A DNA stretch of 64,000 bases from contig CAVRVY010000001.1 of NCBI GenBank assembly GCA_963724765.1, positions 1,248,001-1,312,000 on the forward strand, read 5' to 3'. The notes under the pieces are model-generated. The model was given only the letters and a program-made list of their open reading frames with translations, was not told the origin of the DNA and did no database searches. The position numbers and the translations under genes were made by a program. How positions within the stretch are numbered: position 1 is the first letter of the stretch; each line of letters opens with the position of its first letter. Below are positions 58,570 through 64,000 of the stretch, in pieces. The stretch is from an uncultured delta proteobacterium (GTDB lineage: Bacteria; Desulfobacterota; Binatia; Binatales; Binataceae).

Positions 58570-59093
58570 CCCAAACGACCCGAATTGTCGACCCGACCGA
58601 CGAACGCGTGCCGTTTAGTCGCGCGCTAGCGTCGCGCCCGCAACATCTGAGCGGCGTGGTGGCGCTGCTCGACATCGCGAAGCCGCGCGGCGACGTCCTG
58701 CTCGACCGTATCGAGCAGCGGCTCGCCGAACGCGTGCCCGGCCTCACACTCAAGCGCTACCGCAAACCGACCTTCGCCAAGCCAGCGCCCGATGAGCTGC
58801 GCCGCAGGATCGCGGCGGAGAGCGACTTCGTTATCGAAGCGCTCGCCGATTGAGGATCGTGTACAACGTGCAGTGTGCACGACTCGGTATGGTTTGAAGT
58901 GAACGGCAAGCCCTCGGTGGTGGTGGCCTCCTCGACCTTCGTCGACGCGGCCCAGGCGCAGGCGCTCGCGCTCGGATTACCGCAAGTCCGCCGCATCTTC
59001 GTTCCGCATCCGATCCAGGACGCGACCGACGACGAGATGCGCGCGAAGGCCGACGCGATCGTCGAGCGCCTGATCGAGGCGCTGACGAATTAG
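58566..59093 (+). CDS. UGSC-family selenoprotein (175 aa, Sec at TGA 58851-58853)
   Basis: ORFs 58500-58853 and 58875-59093 share a frame; readthrough gives EALAD-U-GSCTTCSVHD; a hairpin follows the TGA; ATGA coupling to the upstream gene. Confidence 0.85.
58854..58885 (+). promoter_or_regulatory. candidate bacterial SECIS element
   Basis: Stem TCGTGTACA (58857-65) / TGTGCACGA (58874-82), 9 bp with one G-U pair, loop ACGTGCAG, starting 3 nt after the UGA. Confidence 0.6.
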
Positions 59094-59171
59094 CGCGCGG
59101 CGACGCCCGCGTCCGTGTGGCGGCGCGGCGGCTTGCGTGCGAAGGCCCGCTCGCATTTGGTAAAACCAACG

Positions 59172-60338
59172 ATGCCTACGAGCAAGCCGCGGTTATTCGA
59201 CACGGCCGATCCCGATTCGATGCTGCCGTCGGCGCTGGAGGCTGAGTGGTCGCCCGAAGGCGCGCCGCTCCCGCCTGCGCCCAATCTGCGCCCGCTGCCT
59301 TCCCCCAGTCCGCATCGCATCATCGTCAAGACGGTCAACTGGCTCGGCGACCTGGTGATGAGCGGTCCCGCGCTGCACGCGATCCACGACACGTTCCCCG
59401 GTGCGCATCTGGCCGTGCTCGTGCGCCGCGAGTTGGCGAGCTTCTTCGACGGCGCGATGTGGGTGAACGAGGTGATTCCCTATCGGCTGCGCGGCGGCGT
59501 GGCCGGCCTGCGCGACCAGCTTTCGATCGTCAGGCGGATTAGCGCGGGCCACTTCGATCTCGCGATCGTCCTGCCCAACAGCTTCCAATCGGCGCTTTGG
59601 ATGGTGCTGGCCGGAGTGCAGCGGCGCGCCGGTTACGAGGCCGACCGCCGCGGCTTCATGCTCACGCACAAGGTTGCGCCGCGCGCCGACGTCGAACGCG
59701 CGCACCAGGTGTATCACTGGCTCACGATGGTCGCGGAGACGGTTGGCGCCAAGGGCACCGCCGCGGCCTATCACCTCGACGTGAACGTGCAGAGCCGCGA
59801 CAAGATGCGCGCGTGGCTCGCCAATCGCCGGCTGCGGCCTGAGCGCCCGTTGATCGCGCTCGCGCCGATCGCGGCTTATGGCCCGGCCAAGGAATGGCCG
59901 CTGGAGCGCTACGCGGCGCTGGCCGACATCCTTGCCGAACGCCATGGCGCGGAGTGCGTGCTGGTGGGCGGGATCGATGATCGTTCGCAATGCGAGCGGA
60001 TAGCCGCGCAGTGCAAAAGCGGCGCGCTCATCGCCGCCGCCGAGACCACGGTGGGCGAACTGATCGCGCTGCTCTCGTTATGCCACGGCTTTGCCGGCAA
60101 CGACTCGGGATGCATGCACTTGGCGGGCGCGCTCGGGATGCCGACCGTGGCGGTCTTCGGCTCGACCAATCCGATGCGCACGGGCCCGATGGGGCCGCAC
60201 TGCACGGTCATCTATCGCGGCCTGGAATGCAGTCCCTGCCTTCAGCGGACCTGCCGCTTCGGACACTACAACTGCCTGCGCGACATCGCGGCCGAGGAGG
60301 TCGCCGGCGCGCTCGAGGCGTACGACATTTTCGCCTAG
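59172..60338 (+). CDS. waaF: LPS heptosyltransferase II (GT9)
   Basis: NWLGDLVM, LPNSFQSA, YGPAKEWP, NDSGCMH.A.A, CSPCLQRTC. Confidence 0.9.
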   Translation: MPTSKPRLFDTADPDSMLPSALEAEWSPEGAPLPPAPNLRPLPSPSPHRIIVKTVNWLGDLVMSGPALHAIHDTFPGAHLAVLVRRELASFFDGAMWVNEVIPYRLRGGVAGLRDQLSIVRRISAGHFDLAIVLPNSFQSALWMVLAGVQRRAGYEADRRGFMLTHKVAPRADVERAHQVYHWLTMVAETVGAKGTAAAYHLDVNVQSRDKMRAWLANRRLRPERPLIALAPIAAYGPAKEWPLERYAALADILAERHGAECVLVGGIDDRSQCERIAAQCKSGALIAAAETTVGELIALLSLCHGFAGNDSGCMHLAGALGMPTVAVFGSTNPMRTGPMGPHCTVIYRGLECSPCLQRTCRFGHYNCLRDIAAEEVAGALEAYDIFA

Positions 60339-60461
60339 CCGTGCCGTCCCTCTACGCGAGGATGGCCGGCTCGCGCGATGCGGCGCTGGCGGGAAAAACC
60401 CGCTACGCTTTGAATCGCCCGCTCAAGTTGCTCGGTGAGGAGCGGCGATGGGAGCTGAGCC

Positions 60462-61490
60462 ATGAAACTCAAGGAACTCGCATTGCGGCTGGGTTTGACG
60501 CTGCGCGGCAGCGGGGAAGTCGACATCATCACACCGGCGCCGCTTGAAGCCGCCGCGCCGGGCACGATCATTTTCGTCGCCGCACCCAAGTATCTTGAAG
60601 CGTTGCGCACCACCACCGCCGCCTGCGCGATCGTGCCTGCGGAGTTTGCCTCCGACGCTCCGTGTGCGGTGCTGATAAGCGACAATCCTTATTCCGATTT
60701 CGCCCGCGTGCTGGAGATTTTCTTTCCGCCCTACCGGCCGCCCGCCGGAATCGATCCGACCGCGCGCATCGCACCCGGTGCGACGCTGGGCGAGGGCGCT
60801 TCGGTGGGCGCCTACTGCGTGATTGGCGCTGACGTGACGATCGGCCGCGACGCGGTGCTCCATCCCCACGTCACGATCTATCCCGGCGTGCGCGCGGGCG
60901 AAGGCCTGGTCTGCCACAGCGGCGTCTCGATTCGCGAGAACGTCACGATTGGCGACCGTGTGACGATTCTCAATGGCGCGGTGATCGGCGCCGAGGGTTT
61001 CGGCTTCGTCGAGCACGCGGGCGCGCTGGTCAGGATTCCGCAGGTCGGCTCGGTGGCGATCGAGGACGAAGTGGAAATCGGCGCGATGGCCACTATCGAC
61101 CGCGCCACGATGGGCGCGACGCTGATCCGCCGCGGCGCCAAGCTCGATAACCACGTACACATCGGCCACAACTGCGAGGTCGGCGAGTACTCGCGCTTCT
61201 CCGCGCAGGTCGGGCTTTCGGGTTCGGTCAAGGTCGGACGCTGGTGTCAGTTCGGAGGACAGGTCGGAGTGGCTGACCATGCGCGAATCGGCGACCGCGT
61301 ACGTGTGGTCGCACAGTCGGGAATCCCGCACGATCTCGCCGACGACGCCACGGTGGGCGGTACGCCGGCGGTCGACGTGCGCGTCTGGCGGCGGATGGCC
61401 GCGATCGTGCCGCGGCTGCCGGCGGCGATGCGCCGTCTGCGTGCGATCGAGGAGCGCCTGGGGTTGCGCACCAACGGCGAGGAGCGATGA
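60462..61490 (+). CDS. lpxD: UDP-3-O-acylglucosamine N-acyltransferase
   Basis: DNPYSDFA, hexapeptide repeats, IGAEGFGF, EIGA..TIDRA, KLDNHVHIGHN. Confidence 0.95.
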   Translation: MKLKELALRLGLTLRGSGEVDIITPAPLEAAAPGTIIFVAAPKYLEALRTTTAACAIVPAEFASDAPCAVLISDNPYSDFARVLEIFFPPYRPPAGIDPTARIAPGATLGEGASVGAYCVIGADVTIGRDAVLHPHVTIYPGVRAGEGLVCHSGVSIRENVTIGDRVTILNGAVIGAEGFGFVEHAGALVRIPQVGSVAIEDEVEIGAMATIDRATMGATLIRRGAKLDNHVHIGHNCEVGEYSRFSAQVGLSGSVKVGRWCQFGGQVGVADHARIGDRVRVVAQSGIPHDLADDATVGGTPAVDVRVWRRMAAIVPRLPAAMRRLRAIEERLGLRTNGEER

Positions 61491-61579
61491 GCGGCGGGAG
61501 GGCCTGATTTTGATATCGCATGTCTTGAGTCTAAATGGCTTCGACGTGCGAACCTTGCTTGGCGAGGAGGGGAGCCGGA

Positions 61580-61861
61580 ATGAAATACCGGGAACGCACG
61601 AATGGCAAAAATGGATGGACGTCGATCGCGATCGCGGGTGCCGCGATAATAGCGGCAGCCTTCTGCGGGAGTTGTTTGTACACGGCCTCTCCGGCGATGG
61701 GCGGGTCCAGCACCACCTCTCCGCAGTCCGCCAATAGCCAGCCGGCGGCTCAGCCATCGCCGACATCGCAGCCATCAAACGACCAGACCAATCAGAACAA
61801 GCAGCAAAATGGCATGCCGCCAAACGGCGCGCAGCCCCAAGGTCAGGGCGGAACTCTATAG
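61580..61861 (+). CDS. small exported low-complexity (Q/N/P/S-rich) protein
   Basis: GGAG RBS; hydrophobic N-region with Cys; disordered tail. Confidence 0.5.
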   Translation: MKYRERTNGKNGWTSIAIAGAAIIAAAFCGSCLYTASPAMGGSSTTSPQSANSQPAAQPSPTSQPSNDQTNQNKQQNGMPPNGAQPQGQGGTL

Positions 61862-61910
61862 CGGACGCGGCTGCCGGCCGACGGCGCCGCCGAGTAAAGG
61901 GCCTGCGGCG

Positions 61911-62555
61911 TCAGTTGCAAGCGCAGACGTTGCAGACGGTCTGCCCGGTCAGCGATGGCGAGTTTTTCAGCATGCTGCCTGGTGAATTCGACGGGCTCGT
62001 GGTGGTCGGCAGTCCCGCGCTCGAAGATGAGCTGGAGGTTGTGGACGTTGTGCTGGACGCTTCGGTGGTAGTGCCGGTCGGGGTGGTGGTGAGCGTACTG
62101 AGCCCGGGAGATTGTCCGGGCGGGATGAACGGTGACTGCGGCGTGCTCGTAAGGTAATTGAAGCAGGCGCCGGAGGCGGCCAAGGTTGCCGCGGAATAAC
62201 TTGGCGCGGTCACGGTTCCTGACCATTGCGTGGCCGAAGCGGTAGTGAAGCAACTGCAATTGAACAGTCGCGGGGCGGGCGTTGGCATCGCGGTTGGAAT
62301 CGCCACAGGCGTCAAGAGCGGCGTTGCCACGACGCCGGGTACGCTCACGAGCTGCGACGGCGCGCCGGGCAAGATCGGCACCGAGGGCTCGGTCAGCGGC
62401 GGCGGGCCGGGCGGAGGGGCGGGCGCCTGCGCGCGGGCCACGCCGGCGAGTGCGGCGAGCGCGAGCATCATCGCGATCGCGAAGCGAGCGCCTGGACAAA
62501 CGCATTCGCAAAAACGGCGCCAAAAATTTGAAACGGATATCGGGAAAATTCTCAT
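61911..62555 (-). CDS. secreted Pro/Thr/Ser-rich protein with six Cys
   Basis: Signal MMLALAALAGVARA-Q; FNCSC...GAC...CNVCACN; start codon uncertain. Confidence 0.6.
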   Translation of the reverse strand: MRIFPISVSNFWRRFCECVCPGARFAIAMMLALAALAGVARAQAPAPPPGPPPLTEPSVPILPGAPSQLVSVPGVVATPLLTPVAIPTAMPTPAPRLFNCSCFTTASATQWSGTVTAPSYSAATLAASGACFNYLTSTPQSPFIPPGQSPGLSTLTTTPTGTTTEASSTTSTTSSSSSSAGLPTTTSPSNSPGSMLKNSPSLTGQTVCNVCACN

Positions 62556-62798
62556 CGCGAAAAAACTCTCATCGGATCGTGCGATCATACCGTCTTTTTC
62601 CCGCGCGGGCGCGCCGAGTAAAGCTATAGAGCGCGCCGCTATGATCCGGAAGCCGGGCGCGCGTTGCAAGGGACACGCGTTTGGGCAAAAGTGCCTGTGT
62701 ACATTTCGCTCGATGTACGTGATTTACGAAACGGACCAGCCGCGGTTTCGTCTCTGTGGTGAGGTTTTTCAGGCTGTTTAAGGAGGTCCCGGACCCAA

Positions 62799-64000
62799 AT
62801 GTCGCGCAAGATCTTTGCCGTGATCGTAATTCTGCTGCTGCTGGCGGCGGCGGGCCAAGCGCCTGCTCTGCTCGCGCAGACCGCGCCGATGCCGCCCACC
62901 GCACCGGTCCCGGCCTCCTCGGGTCTGGCCGTCGGCGTACCGAAACTGCCGCCCATCGCCACCCCGCGCAACCAGCAAGTCATCCCGGTGCCCGAGCAGT
63001 CCGCGCCCGATCTCAATACGCCCTCCAGCCAGACCGCGCCCTTCGAGCACGGCGCCTCCGTACTGTCGCTGCCGGGGACTTTTGCCAGCCAGGTGTCGCC
63101 CACCGAGCGGGTGGCGCCCGAGAGCATCATCAGCCAGTCCTATCTGGGCTCGCGCGATGATACGGTGCGCGGGCTCTCGCTCAAGCAGGCGATCTATATC
63201 GGGCTCGCGAACAATCCCAACGTGAAGGTCGCCGAGCTCGATCCGCTGGCCAGCGAGGAGGCGGTCGAGGTCGCCAACGGCGCGTTCGACCCGGCACTGA
63301 CCGGCGAGGGCGATATCATGAAGAGCGTGGTGCCCGTGACCTCGCCGTTCCAGGTCGCTGGCAGCCGCGCGTACACCAATAAGCTTTATGATTGGGACTT
63401 CGGACTCGACAAGGTCTCCGCACTGACCAACGGCACGTTCGGCATCACCTTCGACAACGAACGTGCACTTTCCAACTCGAGCTTCGCTTCGATCAACCCG
63501 TCATACACTCCGCAACTCGCGCTGTCGATATCGCAACCGCTGCTGCGCAACTTCGGTTGGAGCTTCGCCACCCTCGACGTGCGGATCGCCGAGTCCTCGC
63601 AAAAACAGTCGCAGTGGAACATGGAGCAGACCGTCGAGGACTTCGTGCTGCGGATTGGCACCGACTACTGGAACGTGGTGGAAGCCGAGGAGAATCTGCA
63701 GGTCGCCGAGTATGCGCTCCGGCTCAACAGTGACCTGGTACGCCAGAACCGGATTTCCTTGCAGGTCGGCACGCTGGCGCCAATCGATCTGCAGGAGGCT
63801 CAATCGGCCGAAGCCACTTCAGCGGCTAACGTCTATACCGCCCAGGCCGCGCAGCGGGCCGCGCGCGCGGCGCTGCGCCAGGACGTGATGATGAATCCGT
63901 CGTCGACTTTTGTGCCGCAAGAGATCGAGCCCACCGACAAGCCCAATCCAGCGCGCGAGATGAACCCCAATGAGGAAGTGGCGCTGGAGACCGCGATCCA
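62799..64000 (+). CDS. TolC-family outer-membrane efflux protein (cut off by the window end)
   Basis: Translated by hand: AGGAGG RBS, MSRKIFAVIVILLLLAAAG signal, LSLKQAIYIGLANNP, FDP, QPLLRNFG, YWNVV; absent from the ORF track because it has no stop in the window. Confidence 0.88.
   Translation, partial: MSRKIFAVIVILLLLAAAGQAPALLAQTAPMPPTAPVPASSGLAVGVPKLPPIATPRNQQVIPVPEQSAPDLNTPSSQTAPFEHGASVLSLPGTFASQVSPTERVAPESIISQSYLGSRDDTVRGLSLKQAIYIGLANNPNVKVAELDPLASEEAVEVANGAFDPALTGEGDIMKSVVPVTSPFQVAGSRAYTNKLYDWDFGLDKVSALTNGTFGITFDNERALSNSSFASINPSYTPQLALSISQPLLRNFGWSFATLDVRIAESSQKQSQWNMEQTVEDFVLRIGTDYWNVVEAEENLQVAEYALRLNSDLVRQNRISLQVGTLAPIDLQEAQSAEATSAANVYTAQAAQRAARAALRQDVMMNPSSTFVPQEIEPTDKPNPAREMNPNEEVALETAI

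Overview
This is a GC-rich chromosomal window from a diderm, LPS- and hopanoid-making bacterium; the gene content resembles Candidatus Binatia/Binataceae, but that is inference only. From left to right it contains: (1) panC, followed by a complete 2.3-kb IS1595-family element with 26-bp inverted repeats, a perfect 8-bp target duplication and passenger ORFs on both strands; (2) a divergent cluster that probably builds a lipid head group (B12 radical SAM, CDP-alcohol phosphotransferase | HAD, NTP transferase, ATP-grasp, class III aminotransferase, GmhB-like); (3) a DUF2946/CruR-like CxxC+RAPP leader peptide ahead of a TonB-dependent receptor-exbB-exbD-tonB-ZIP metal uptake operon; (4) a TetR-headed hopanoid operon (hpnH, ispA, Zn-ADH, shc, dxr, hpnC/D/E/A, CruF-like) plus hpnG and hpnK; (5) pepN and catabolic enzymes; (6) an internally deleted SDR pseudogene and malQ; (7) a GT87/GT2/fcl glycosylation locus; (8) zwf and a Cys-rich secreted microprotein; (9) a thiolase / thioredoxin-fusion / UGSC selenoprotein unit, where an in-frame TGA followed by a SECIS-like hairpin splits the gene in the ORF track; (10) waaF, lpxD and a TolC-family gene cut off by the window end. 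I saw no rRNA, tRNA or CRISPR array. All calls come from motif recognition by eye; no database searches were run.
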